DNA of 64,000 nt from Blastocatellia bacterium (GTDB lineage: Bacteria > Acidobacteriota > Blastocatellia > UBA7656). The notes below the pieces were generated by a model. It was not told the DNA's origin and ran no database searches. It was given only the letters and a program-made list of their open reading frames with translations. This document shows positions 10,674 through 19,816 of this stretch, piece by piece. The position numbers were made by a program, and so were the translations under genes. Numbering within the stretch: position 1 is the stretch's first letter; each line of letters begins with the position of its first letter. The stretch spans positions 224,001-288,000 of the forward strand of contig CAVXWP010000009.1 in assembly GCA_963765495.1 (NCBI GenBank), written 5' to 3'.

Positions 10674-11687
10674 TTACTTCATATTAGCCCGGGCCACGGG
10701 TCCGAGTTTCTCCGATGTGACCGGTATCGCCTGCTGAAAGAATGCCACCACGCGGGCATCATAATCGAGCGATGCCTTATCATAAAGACGGTTCACCCGG
10801 GTATTTTCGACTTCGATTATGGCCTTTTGTTCTTTGGCCTGATCGTGCAGTTCTCGCGTCATTTCCTCCTGCGGGCCGGAGTCCTTCGAGGTGATAAAGA
10901 GGATGCGCCTCCCGGTCGTAGAGGATAAGGCTTCCATAGCCGTTCCCGAATCCTCACGTCTCATGAAGTAAAGCTGCATCGCGAGTTCGTTCAATTTTTG
11001 CGTCCATTCGGAATCTACAAGTCGGCTCACCCATCCGTTGCCGCTTCCTACAAGCTGTTTGGTGCGAAAGTTGATAAAACGGGCCACGTCCGGGTAAACC
11101 GAATCAGCCACGACCGCCTTTACAACCGGGTCTTGCGACGAGGCCACGAGAGAAATGTATCCGCCAAGATCAACACCGTAAAGACCTACGCGCCCGTCAA
11201 GAAGCTCTTCCCCTTTGTCGGTCTTGAGCCCCTTGAGGAACTTTATCGCCGATAGCAGATCATCTTTTTCGTAGGTTCCAAGCCCCGACCATTTGACCGG
11301 GCTCTCACCGTGTCCGCGCATGTCGTAAACGAGTACGTGATAGCCCGCTTTCCACAGATCGAATGTCAGCGTAAGCAACTCCGAGCGATTAGAGCCGTAA
11401 CCATGAGAGAGTATTATTGCGGGCGCGGGCCGTCCCCGGCTCAAAAACCAGCCGACCGATTCCGTGGAATCCATGTTCTTCCACTTCTCATCGCTCCACA
11501 TCGGTTTTTGCAGTATCACTTGAAAATCACGCGGCGAGCCGTATAGCTCCGTCTTCGCCGGGTGCGCCAGCCGGTTCACAAGATAAAAATCCAGGGCGAC
11601 TACGCCTACACCGAGCACGAGCACGGCTGGGATAAAGACCCACATCACCCGCTTCAGGATGGTCTTCTTCTTCTTCGAAATAATCAT
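10674..11687 (-). CDS. Membrane-anchored alpha/beta-hydrolase-fold protein with degenerate catalytic motifs
   Basis: N-terminal TM; LSHGYG, YDMRGHGES; nucleophile elbow reads GVDLGG instead of GxSxG. Confidence 0.8.
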   Translation of the reverse strand: MIISKKKKTILKRVMWVFIPAVLVLGVGVVALDFYLVNRLAHPAKTELYGSPRDFQVILQKPMWSDEKWKNMDSTESVGWFLSRGRPAPAIILSHGYGSNRSELLTLTFDLWKAGYHVLVYDMRGHGESPVKWSGLGTYEKDDLLSAIKFLKGLKTDKGEELLDGRVGLYGVDLGGYISLVASSQDPVVKAVVADSVYPDVARFINFRTKQLVGSGNGWVSRLVDSEWTQKLNELAMQLYFMRREDSGTAMEALSSTTGRRILFITSKDSGPQEEMTRELHDQAKEQKAIIEVENTRVNRLYDKASLDYDARVVAFFQQAIPVTSEKLGPVARANMK

Positions 11688-11812
11688 AATTCTTAATTCA
11701 CGCGAGGCAGATGGAACAGGCAGGGGCAGGCTGATTTTATTGGAAGGTCACCCGAAAGAAGACCTCTCACACGGGTGAGTATAGCCTAGTCGTCGCTTTT
11801 TTCAATAGTTCT

Positions 11813-12523
11813 TTAGGCGGGCGGGCGGGCGGGCGGCGCAGACTCACCTTCGACCCAGACCGCACCGTCTTCGAAGTATTCCTTCTTCCAGATCGGGACT
11901 ATTTTCTTGAGCCGATCAATGGCGTACCGGCAGGCTTCAAATGCTACATTTCGGTGCGCGGAGGCCACTGTGATGACTACGCTCGACTCGCTTATCTCGA
12001 CGCGACCGAGACGATGAATTATGCCAAGCCGGTTGATGGGCCATTGCTCGCGCACTTCGCGCCCTATCTGCGCCATCGTGAGCAGGGCCATCTCCGTGTA
12101 GCCTTCGTATTCGAGATAAAGCGTAGCCCGCCCCTTTGTATTATCGCGAGCCACACCGTCAAATATCACGACTGCGCCCGATGGCCCCCTCACGAGCCTC
12201 GCCCTTAACCCCGGAATGTCAATCGGTTCGCGCGTGATCTCGAATATGTCTTCTTCGGCCTCCCCCCCGCTCACGGGGGGAAGTATCGCCAGCCGGTTGT
12301 TTTCAGCCAGAGGCTCGCTCCGAGAAGCATACTCTTCGTTTACCGCAAACAACAGACTCTCTTCCATAGCGGCAAGTTTAGGGTGGCGAGATTTGAGCGC
12401 GGCAAAGGCTGTCGCAACCGTGGCAGGTTGTTCAAGCTCAAGCTCAAGGCTCTCGGCCCCGGCCATCTCTCGCGCCTGCCCGAATAAAAGAACGGTGACC
12501 TTTATGCTGTTTGTCGTTGTCAT
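11813..12523 (-). CDS. moaDE: Fused molybdopterin synthase MoaD-MoaE (MoaX-like)
   Basis: MoaD part LLFGQARE...AVNEEY...ILPPVSGG, then MoaE part GAVVIFDG, LEYEGY, HRLG, IVPIWKKEYF. Confidence 0.93.
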   Translation of the reverse strand: MTTTNSIKVTVLLFGQAREMAGAESLELELEQPATVATAFAALKSRHPKLAAMEESLLFAVNEEYASRSEPLAENNRLAILPPVSGGEAEEDIFEITREPIDIPGLRARLVRGPSGAVVIFDGVARDNTKGRATLYLEYEGYTEMALLTMAQIGREVREQWPINRLGIIHRLGRVEISESSVVITVASAHRNVAFEACRYAIDRLKKIVPIWKKEYFEDGAVWVEGESAPPARPPA

Positions 12524-12535
12524 ATTTCCCTGCCC

Positions 12536-12637
12536 GTGATGCGTGATGCGTGAAGAGTGATGCGTGACTTTCAGGAAGTTTGCCGGTTAAACCGACTTGC
12601 AAGTCTGGTAAATCACCAATCACGTATCACTCTTCAC
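12536..12637. repeat. GTGA-family heptamer tandem inverted repeat
   Basis: (GTGATGC)2 GTGAAGA GTGATGC GTGA - spacer - TCACCAA TCACGTA TCACTCT TCAC; abuts the stop at 12639. Confidence 0.85.
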
Positions 12638-12638
12638 T

Positions 12639-13055
12639 TCAATCCTCTCCTACAATAGTTATCGCAATATCTTCGACGTTCAAGCCCGCGATTTTGAAAG
12701 CGCGAAGCTCGACTCTCGGCTCAAGCGAGAGGATGAAATAGTATGCCTCCGGGTAAAAGGCCATCTGAACGTCGGCCGCCGAGGGGTATGCCAGGGTGCG
12801 CGGATGGGAATGATATATGCCAAGCATTCTCTGACCCGCGTTGCGAATCGTTCGCATGGCGGCAAACAAATCCTCGGGCGAGGCGAAATATTTGGACTCT
12901 CGCCGCTCGGCCTCGTTGCGAAGCGGGTGCGCTTCCGTAATAACCCCATCGCGCCCGCTCAACAGACCGCAACACTCAAAAGGACGAGCCTCGAAGGCGT
13001 GCTCTCTTATAGCGCCCTCCACTCTGCTTGTTATGCTGATTGATAACCGACTCAC
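12639..13055 (-). CDS. JAMM/MPN+ (M67) metalloprotease
   Basis: PFECCGLL and YHSHP...PSAAD give the JAMM motif E..HxH..S..D. Confidence 0.9.
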   Translation of the reverse strand: MSRLSISITSRVEGAIREHAFEARPFECCGLLSGRDGVITEAHPLRNEAERRESKYFASPEDLFAAMRTIRNAGQRMLGIYHSHPRTLAYPSAADVQMAFYPEAYYFILSLEPRVELRAFKIAGLNVEDIAITIVGED

Positions 13056-13140
13056 GCGCCCTTCGGCCTCCTACAAAATCTTACCTGATCTCTCCCGCAC
13101 ATTCTATCACGACCCTTTACCATTTTTTTCGGAACCGAAG

Positions 13141-13184
13141 TACGAAGATTTTCGTTGACAAATACGAAACGTTTCGTGTAGGCT
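13141..13184 (+). promoter_or_regulatory. Sigma70 promoter overlapped by two palindromic operators (putative BlaI sites)
   Basis: TACGAAGATTTTCGT 13141-13155 and perfect ACGAAACGTTTCGT 13164-13177, 22 bp apart; TTGACA 13155-13160, 18-bp spacer, TAGGCT 13179-13184. Confidence 0.8.
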
Positions 13185-13220
13185 GGGTGGCAACAAAAAT
13201 CAGACTAAGGAGGCTCTAAG

Positions 13221-13610
13221 GTGAGCAGACGAAACCCGCCGAGGCCGACCGACGCAGAGCTGGCCATATTGCGAGTGTTATGGCAGCGCGGCCCAAGCAC
13301 AGTCCGGGATGTACAGGAAGAGTTAAATCAGGTGAGACCCACCGGGTACACTACGGTCCTAAAGCTGTTGCAAATCATGACGGAGAAACAGCTGGTTCGT
13401 CGCGACGAGCGCCAGAGGACACATATCTATCAGGCGCGGCTGTCGGAAGAGATGACACAGCAGCAACTGGTAGGCGATTTGCTCGACAGGGCTTTTGGAG
13501 GGTCGGCATCTCAGCTTGTCATGCAGGCGCTCGCCGCAAGGAGCGCATCGGCCGAAGAGGTGGCCGAGATACGGCAGCTTCTGAGCGAGCTTGAAGGAGG
13601 CGCAAAGTGA
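13221..13610 (+). CDS. BlaI/MecI/CopY-family transcriptional repressor
   Basis: PTDAELAILRVLWQRGPSTVRDV, YTTVLKLLQIM, FGGSASQLV; GTG start after AAGGAGG. Confidence 0.93.
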   Translation: MSRRNPPRPTDAELAILRVLWQRGPSTVRDVQEELNQVRPTGYTTVLKLLQIMTEKQLVRRDERQRTHIYQARLSEEMTQQQLVGDLLDRAFGGSASQLVMQALAARSASAEEVAEIRQLLSELEGGAK

Positions 13611-15754
13611 ATATGATCGAAACCATTATGGCGCACCCGACCGTGCAGGCTTTGGGCTGGGCCTTGCTGCATTTCATCTGGCAGGGGGCCGTGGTGGCAA
13701 CTCTTTCAGCAGGCATCATGACATTATTGCGGCACCGCTCGGCCAATTCGAGGTATTTGACCGCTGTTGCGGCGATGCTTTTGATGCTGGCTCTGCCGGT
13801 AGTTACGTTTTTCCTGCTGAGCGCGCCTTCTCAAAAACCGTCCGCTGAAATCACTCCTCTCATCTCGGATGAAAACATTATGTTGCCCGCTCCTTCGGTG
13901 AGCGAGATCGCTTCCGGGCAACAGATGACCTCTATGCCTGCGCTTTCGCGTCCCTGGTTGGAGATGATGTATGGGCGAATCGAGCCGGTGTTGCCGTCAC
14001 TGATAACGATCTGGCTTTTGGGCGTGCTTCTGCTTTCGCTCAGATTGCTGGGCGGTTGGATAAACGCGCAATACATAAAGAGGCGACGTTCGCGCCCCGT
14101 GGACTCTGAATGGCAGGAGCGGCTCAAATATCTGACCCGAAAGCTTGGAATAAGCCGAACCGTGAGTATGGTTGAATCATTTCTGGTGCAGGTGCCGACC
14201 GTCATAGGCTGGCTGCGCCCGGTAATACTGTTGCCCGCGAGCGCCCTCACAGGTCTGACCGCAGAACAACTGGAGGCGATACTCGCGCACGAACTCGCTC
14301 ACATCCGCCGTCACGATTATCTGATAAACCTTTTGCAGACGGTCATAGAAACGCTGCTTTTCTATCATCCGGCGGTCTGGTGGGTCTCGCATCGCATGCG
14401 GGTCGAACGCGAGAATAGCTGCGATGACGTAGCGGTCGCCCTCTGCGGAGACGTGTTGACATATGCTCGCGCTCTGACCGAGCTCGAGCAGCTTCGCAGC
14501 AACGGGCCGCAACTGGCCGTAGCTGCAACCGGAGGTGTTCTCTTGAATCGTATCCGCCGCCTTGCAGGCATCCCCTCCTCGCATTCGAATCGTTTCCCCG
14601 GCCTCTTTGCGGGGCTCATCGTAATCTCGGCGCTCGTCACAGTAGCCACGGGCGCGCACATGACTATAGTTGCTACCGAAGCAATTACTCCCGACCCGGC
14701 AACTCTTTCACAATCGGAATCTTCCCGCGCAACAAGAGAGAAGGTAGAGCAAAAGATAGCAGCCGCGATAAATCAGAAGCTCTCTTCCGAGAAGACCGAC
14801 GCGCAGTCCGAAGAGATCAGAACAAAAGCAGAACTCGCGGCGGCAAACGCCGTCAAAGTCGGGATGACCGAAGCGGAAATAGCTACGGCGGTCGAAACAG
14901 CCGTACAGGCCGTCCTGGCAGATGAAAAGGATTCCGACTCGGATGAAAATGATGTTGAAAACGATAATGAAACCGATCAGGAGCCTTCGCCCGAAAAACA
15001 GGATCAGAAGAATCGCATCGTGGAGGCTTTTATCGGCGCTCTAAAGGACGAAGACGCAAACGTCCGCGCGCAGGCAGCCTCGGCGCTTGGGTCGAGCAGG
15101 GACAAGCGCGCGGTCGATCCTCTGATCGCGGTCCTGAATGATCAGAGCCCACATGTGAGGATGCAGGCGGCATCTTCACTCGGCGATATCAAGGACTCGC
15201 GCGCGGTCGCCCCTCTCATTGCCGCGTTAAAAGATGAAGACGCAAACGTTCGCATGCAGGCCGCCTCATCGCTCGGCGACATCAGAGACAAGAGCGCCGT
15301 AGAAGGATTGATGGCTGCCTTAAAGGACGAGAATGCAAACGTTCGCATGCAGGCCGCTTCGGCCCTCGGAGATTTGAGGGATGCTCGCGCCGCTGACGCG
15401 CTGGTCCTTGCTTTGAAGGATGCCAGTCCAAACGTCAGGCTACAGGCAGCCTCGGCGCTCGGAGACTTGAGAGACTCGCGCGCCGTTGACGGCCTGCTGA
15501 TCGCGTTGAAGGATGAAAACGCAAACGTTCGCATGCAGGCCGCTTCGGCTCTGGGCGACCTGAGAGACGCACGCGCCGTAGAGCCTCTGATCACGGCCTT
15601 GAAAGATCAGAATCCGAACGTACGGATGCAGGCGGCGTCCGCGCTCGGAGACCTGAGAGATGGTCGAGCGGTTGATGCCTTGATCGCGGCTCTGAAAGAC
15701 GAAAACGCCAATGTCAGACGACAGGCAGCTTCCGCGCTTTCGGATATTAAATAA
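13607..15754 (+). CDS. BlaR1-type M56 metallopeptidase with a C-terminal HEAT-repeat domain
   Basis: LGWALLHFIWQG, LAHELAHIRRHD (HExxH), FYHPAVWW, RENSCDD, LLNRIRRL; 8 tandem 31-aa HEAT repeats; GTGA overlap with the repressor. Confidence 0.92.
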   Translation: MNMIETIMAHPTVQALGWALLHFIWQGAVVATLSAGIMTLLRHRSANSRYLTAVAAMLLMLALPVVTFFLLSAPSQKPSAEITPLISDENIMLPAPSVSEIASGQQMTSMPALSRPWLEMMYGRIEPVLPSLITIWLLGVLLLSLRLLGGWINAQYIKRRRSRPVDSEWQERLKYLTRKLGISRTVSMVESFLVQVPTVIGWLRPVILLPASALTGLTAEQLEAILAHELAHIRRHDYLINLLQTVIETLLFYHPAVWWVSHRMRVERENSCDDVAVALCGDVLTYARALTELEQLRSNGPQLAVAATGGVLLNRIRRLAGIPSSHSNRFPGLFAGLIVISALVTVATGAHMTIVATEAITPDPATLSQSESSRATREKVEQKIAAAINQKLSSEKTDAQSEEIRTKAELAAANAVKVGMTEAEIATAVETAVQAVLADEKDSDSDENDVENDNETDQEPSPEKQDQKNRIVEAFIGALKDEDANVRAQAASALGSSRDKRAVDPLIAVLNDQSPHVRMQAASSLGDIKDSRAVAPLIAALKDEDANVRMQAASSLGDIRDKSAVEGLMAALKDENANVRMQAASALGDLRDARAADALVLALKDASPNVRLQAASALGDLRDSRAVDGLLIALKDENANVRMQAASALGDLRDARAVEPLITALKDQNPNVRMQAASALGDLRDGRAVDALIAALKDENANVRRQAASALSDIK
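15041..15751 (+). repeat. Coding tandem repeat, 93-bp unit x ~8 (HEAT/PBS-lyase-like)
   Basis: Consensus LKDENANVRMQAASALGDLRDxRAVxxLIAA. Confidence 0.9.
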
Positions 15755-15761
15755 GAAGCCG

Positions 15762-15790
15762 GAATCGGTCTTCGCGGCCGATTCAAATTT
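15762..15790 (+). terminator. Hairpin after the M56 gene, possible weak terminator
   Basis: GAATCGGTC-TTCGC-GGCCGATTC followed by an AT-rich tract without a clean U-run. Confidence 0.45.
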
Positions 15791-15939
15791 AATTACGCTA
15801 TCACTGTTTTAGCCGAACACGGTTAATTTTTCGAAAAGTCCAAAAGCCGTACAAAATCGGTGAAAACCTTTTTGTGCGGCAGAAACAGATGACGACTTTC
15901 GCCGTCACTCAGGTGAGGTCTGTCCGCTCTCCGCTCTCG

Positions 15940-15964
15940 AATTTCAAATCTCAGATTTGAGATT
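15940..15964. repeat. AAATCTC-family heptamer hairpin
   Basis: AATTTCAAATC-TCA-GATTTGAGATT. Confidence 0.65.
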
Positions 15965-15991
15965 ACGGAACGGAGAAGCAAGGGGAAAACC

Positions 15992-18430
15992 ATGGAGACG
16001 CTGCTGCAAGACTTTCGTTATGGTTTTCGAACGCTTGTGAAAAACTCCGGCTTCACAGCGGTGGCGGTGCTTGCGCTCGCTCTCGGTATCGGAGCAAATA
16101 CGGCGATCTTCAGCGTAGTCAACAGGGTGCTGCTCCGGCCTTTGCCTTATGAAAATCCCGATCAACTCGTGATGATATGGGAGAGAAATCTTTCCGGCGA
16201 TCAGAAACAGAGTCAGGATTCGCCCGTTACCTTTACCGACTGGAAAGAGCAACATCAGATATTCGAAAAGATAGCCGGGTGGTGGTATCCGCAGATCAAT
16301 CTGACAGATCAGACGGGCGAGCCCGAGCGCGTCCGCACGATAGATACCACGGATGATTTCTTCTCGGTGCTTGGGGTCCAGCCTCTTCTGGGGCGCACAT
16401 TCCTGCCCGGAGAGGACCGCCCCGGCGGCGAGAGTCTGGCCGTTCTCAGCTACGACCTGTGGCAGCGCAGATTTGGCGCGGACCCGAATATCACAGGCAA
16501 ATCAGTCACGCTCGACGGGCGCTCTCATCAGGTGATTGGAGTGATGCCTGCGGGGTTCAACTTCCCCGAAAATACACAGGTCTGGCGACCGCTCGGATGG
16601 GACCCGGCCCGTCACATCAGAAGCGCGCGCTTCTTTGAAGTAGTTGCGCGACTGAAGCCCGGCGTGACCGTTGAACGCGCTCAATCGGAACTTGACGCGC
16701 TGGCCGGTCGCATCGAACAGGAATACCCGCAGACAAATACCGGCTGGGGTGTCTTTGTCATAACGCTTCACAACCAGATCGCGGGCAATTTCCGCATCGC
16801 ACTGTTTATTCTTTTGGGAGCCGTCTCTCTTGTGCTGTTGATAGCCTGCGCAAACGTCGCAAATCTGCTGCTTGCACGCGCCGGAGCCAGAGAGAAAGAA
16901 GTAGCGATTCGCCTTGCGCTCGGAGCCACTCGCCTCCGTCTTGTTCGTCAGCTTCTGACTGAAAGTATATTGCTTGCGATACTCGGCGGCGCGCTGGGGC
17001 TGCTTCTGGCATACGCCGGGGGCAATCTCTTGATGGCCGTCAATCCCATAGCCATTCCGCGTTTCGACGGGCTTCAGATCGACAGCCGGATGCTTGTCTT
17101 CACCATCGCTCTCACACTTTCGACCGGGCTGATATTCGGCATAGTTCCCGCCTTGCTGACATCAGGGGCAGACCTGAATCAGACGCTCAAAGAAGGCGGG
17201 CGGGATTCGAGAGCAGGCGCGAGCGGTCGTCGCGTGCGCGGGGCTCTCGTGGTCTCTGAGATAGCAATCGCCCTGATGCTGTTGATCGGGGCGGGGCTTT
17301 TGCTGAAGAGTTTCCTTCGCCTTGAGCAGACCGAGACGGGCTTCAATCCGTCAGGTCTTCTGACTCTGAATTTGCAACTGCCCGCGTCGAGCTACCCCGA
17401 GTGGCCTCAGGTAGCGGAATTCTATTCGCAGCTACTCGAACGGATCAAGACTATACCCGGCGTCGAATCAGCCGACGCGACGGCCTTCCTCCCGTTGGAC
17501 AAGGGCTGGCCCATCGCGTTTGAAATCCCCGGCCAACCGCCTCCGCAACCCGGCGAAGAACAGCGTGTGCAATATCATCAGGTGACGCCGGGCTACTTCG
17601 GCACCATGGGAATACCCTTGCTTGCCGGGCGCGAATTCCGAGAGCAGGAAGCTGCCTCGCGCCCCGGCGTAGTCATAATCAATGAGGCGATGGCGCAAAG
17701 GTACTGGCCCGATGAAAAACCCGTGGGCAAACACCTTATAAACAGGGCAAGGGCAATCGGGCCTCTTGCCCGATACCTGCCCGAGTCCTTTGATATCGAA
17801 GTAGTGGGAATCGTGGGCAATCTTAAGAACCGGGGACTCAGCCAGGAGGCCGAACCCGCCATGTTTTTCCCACAGCGCCAGTTCGCCGTCAGGAGTATGA
17901 GTCTTGTCGTTCGGGCGGGAGGAAACCCTCTGTCGATTGTCGGCGCGGTGCGAAATGAAATCCGGGTGGCGGACAGGAATTTGCCCGTCTCAGGGATCAG
18001 GACGATGAATGAGGTTCTCGGAGACAGCACAGCCGAATCCCGGTTCAGTCTTCTCCTGCTCGGATTGTTTGCCGCGCTTGCGCTGATCCTTGCGATGGTG
18101 GGCATCTATGGCGTTCTCAGTTATTCGGTCACACAGCGCAAACACGAAATCGGTATTCGCATGGCACTGGGCGCAAGTCGTGGTGATGTCATGAAGCTGA
18201 TTCTCGGCGAAGGGTTCCGGCTTGCACTTCTGGGGACCGGCAGTGGCCTGATCGGAGCCCTTGCGTTGACCCGCGTGATGAGGAGCCTGCTTTTCGGTGT
18301 GAGCCCGGCCGACCTGACTACTTTTCTGGGCGTCTCGCTTTTACTTGGCGTAGTGGCGCTTCTGGCCTGTTATCTGCCCGCGCGCCGCGCCACTCGAATA
18401 GACCCTATGGTGGCGCTCAGATATGAGTGA
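15992..18430 (+). CDS. ADOP-type duplicated MacB/FtsX ABC permease
   Basis: [61 protein letters not shown]; two MacB_PCD+FtsX halves. Confidence 0.93.
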   Translation: METLLQDFRYGFRTLVKNSGFTAVAVLALALGIGANTAIFSVVNRVLLRPLPYENPDQLVMIWERNLSGDQKQSQDSPVTFTDWKEQHQIFEKIAGWWYPQINLTDQTGEPERVRTIDTTDDFFSVLGVQPLLGRTFLPGEDRPGGESLAVLSYDLWQRRFGADPNITGKSVTLDGRSHQVIGVMPAGFNFPENTQVWRPLGWDPARHIRSARFFEVVARLKPGVTVERAQSELDALAGRIEQEYPQTNTGWGVFVITLHNQIAGNFRIALFILLGAVSLVLLIACANVANLLLARAGAREKEVAIRLALGATRLRLVRQLLTESILLAILGGALGLLLAYAGGNLLMAVNPIAIPRFDGLQIDSRMLVFTIALTLSTGLIFGIVPALLTSGADLNQTLKEGGRDSRAGASGRRVRGALVVSEIAIALMLLIGAGLLLKSFLRLEQTETGFNPSGLLTLNLQLPASSYPEWPQVAEFYSQLLERIKTIPGVESADATAFLPLDKGWPIAFEIPGQPPPQPGEEQRVQYHQVTPGYFGTMGIPLLAGREFREQEAASRPGVVIINEAMAQRYWPDEKPVGKHLINRARAIGPLARYLPESFDIEVVGIVGNLKNRGLSQEAEPAMFFPQRQFAVRSMSLVVRAGGNPLSIVGAVRNEIRVADRNLPVSGIRTMNEVLGDSTAESRFSLLLLGLFAALALILAMVGIYGVLSYSVTQRKHEIGIRMALGASRGDVMKLILGEGFRLALLGTGSGLIGALALTRVMRSLLFGVSPADLTTFLGVSLLLGVVALLACYLPARRATRIDPMVALRYE

Positions 18431-18529
18431 TCCGTGATTCGTGAAGAGTGATTCGTGACTCCAGGCGAGCCCTCTTGTTAATGAAATGGAGCAGATCAGG
18501 AAATCACGAATCACGAATCACGGATCACT
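18426..18529. repeat. GTGA-family heptamer tandem inverted repeat
   Basis: AGTGATCC GTGATTC GTGAAGA GTGATTC GTGA - spacer - (TCACGAA)2 TCACGGA TCACT; the first TGA is the permease stop. Confidence 0.88.
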
Positions 18530-18564
18530 GCTAACCCCAAATTTGAGATCGAAGGAGAGAGAAT

Positions 18565-19785
18565 ATGCAAATCAGTCTTATAAAGAGAGCCGGATCGACT
18601 TTCGGCATTATGGTTATCCTCAGTTTTGTGAGCGTGGGTGTGATGGTCCATGCCCAGTTGAATAATCAGAAAACGCAATCAGCCGCGACAGACGATGTGA
18701 AAGCAAATATCGAGGCGTTGCGATCTCAGGATGCGGTAAAGAGGGCGGCTGCCGCTTACGCACTTTCAAAACAGGGCGCTAAGGCTGTCGCCGCCATACC
18801 TGCGCTGATAGGGCTGCTGGGCGATGCCACCCCGGTTGACCCGCGCCTCTACAGAGACAAGGATTCCTGGTGCAACAACTGTCAATGGGAAGATTATTCT
18901 CCGGGCAAAGAGGCGGCCATTGCTCTTACAGACATTGGCGACCCGGCTGTCGAGCCGCTGATTGCCGCGCTCAACAGCACGGAATCGACGGCGCGCAAAA
19001 ACGCCGCGTGGGCGCTTGGAGCCATTGGCGATGACAGGGCTGTTATGCCTCTGACCGCGTCTCTGAAAGATCAGGCTCCCGATGTCAGAGAGCAGGCCGC
19101 GTGGGCAAGCGGAGCGATAGGAAGCAGTCGCTCGGTAGAGGCTTTGAATGCCGCGTTGACCGATACGAGCGCGGGCGTTCGCAAGCAATCGGCGTGGGCG
19201 CTCGGCGCTATCGGGAACAAAGGCGGCGTAACCGGCTTGATCGGCGCGCTTGGCGACACGGACCCGGATGTCAGAGAACAAGCCGCGTGGGCGCTCGGCG
19301 CTATCGGAGATGGTGAGGCCGCCGTGGCGCTGAGTTCTGCGTTGAAAGACGATTACGCCGAGGTCCGCAAACAGGCCGCGTGGGCGTGCGGAGCAATTGG
19401 CGACAGGCGCTCGGTAGCGAGTCTGGGCGCGGCGCTCACGGATATGAATGCCGGTGTGCGAGAGCAAGCCGCGTGGGCGCTTGGAGCCATTGGGGATAAC
19501 GGGGCCGTGGATGCGTTGAACAACGCTCTTAGAGATACTAACCCGGATGTGCGCAAGCAGGCAGCCTGGGCGCTTGGCGCGATAGGGAGCAACCGCGCGG
19601 TCGATTACTTGATCGCTTCGTTAAAAGACGAAGACTCTGACGTGAGAGAGCAGGCCGCGTGGGCGCTCGGCGCTATCGGCGACAACCGCGCATCAGACGC
19701 GCTCAGCGTAGCCTTGAAAGACAAGGATACGAAAGTGCGAAGACAGGCCGCGTGGGCACTGAGCGTTGTGGGATTTGAGAAGTAA
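18565..19785 (+). CDS. Exported HEAT-repeat protein
   Basis: Signal-peptide-like N-terminus ending VHA-Q; 9 regular 31-aa repeats VR(K/E)QAAWALGAIG plus 2 degenerate ones. Confidence 0.88.
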   Translation: MQISLIKRAGSTFGIMVILSFVSVGVMVHAQLNNQKTQSAATDDVKANIEALRSQDAVKRAAAAYALSKQGAKAVAAIPALIGLLGDATPVDPRLYRDKDSWCNNCQWEDYSPGKEAAIALTDIGDPAVEPLIAALNSTESTARKNAAWALGAIGDDRAVMPLTASLKDQAPDVREQAAWASGAIGSSRSVEALNAALTDTSAGVRKQSAWALGAIGNKGGVTGLIGALGDTDPDVREQAAWALGAIGDGEAAVALSSALKDDYAEVRKQAAWACGAIGDRRSVASLGAALTDMNAGVREQAAWALGAIGDNGAVDALNNALRDTNPDVRKQAAWALGAIGSNRAVDYLIASLKDEDSDVREQAAWALGAIGDNRASDALSVALKDKDTKVRRQAAWALSVVGFEK

Positions 19786-19816
19786 TTGATCGGCTGGCAC
19801 TGGCAGGGGAAACATC

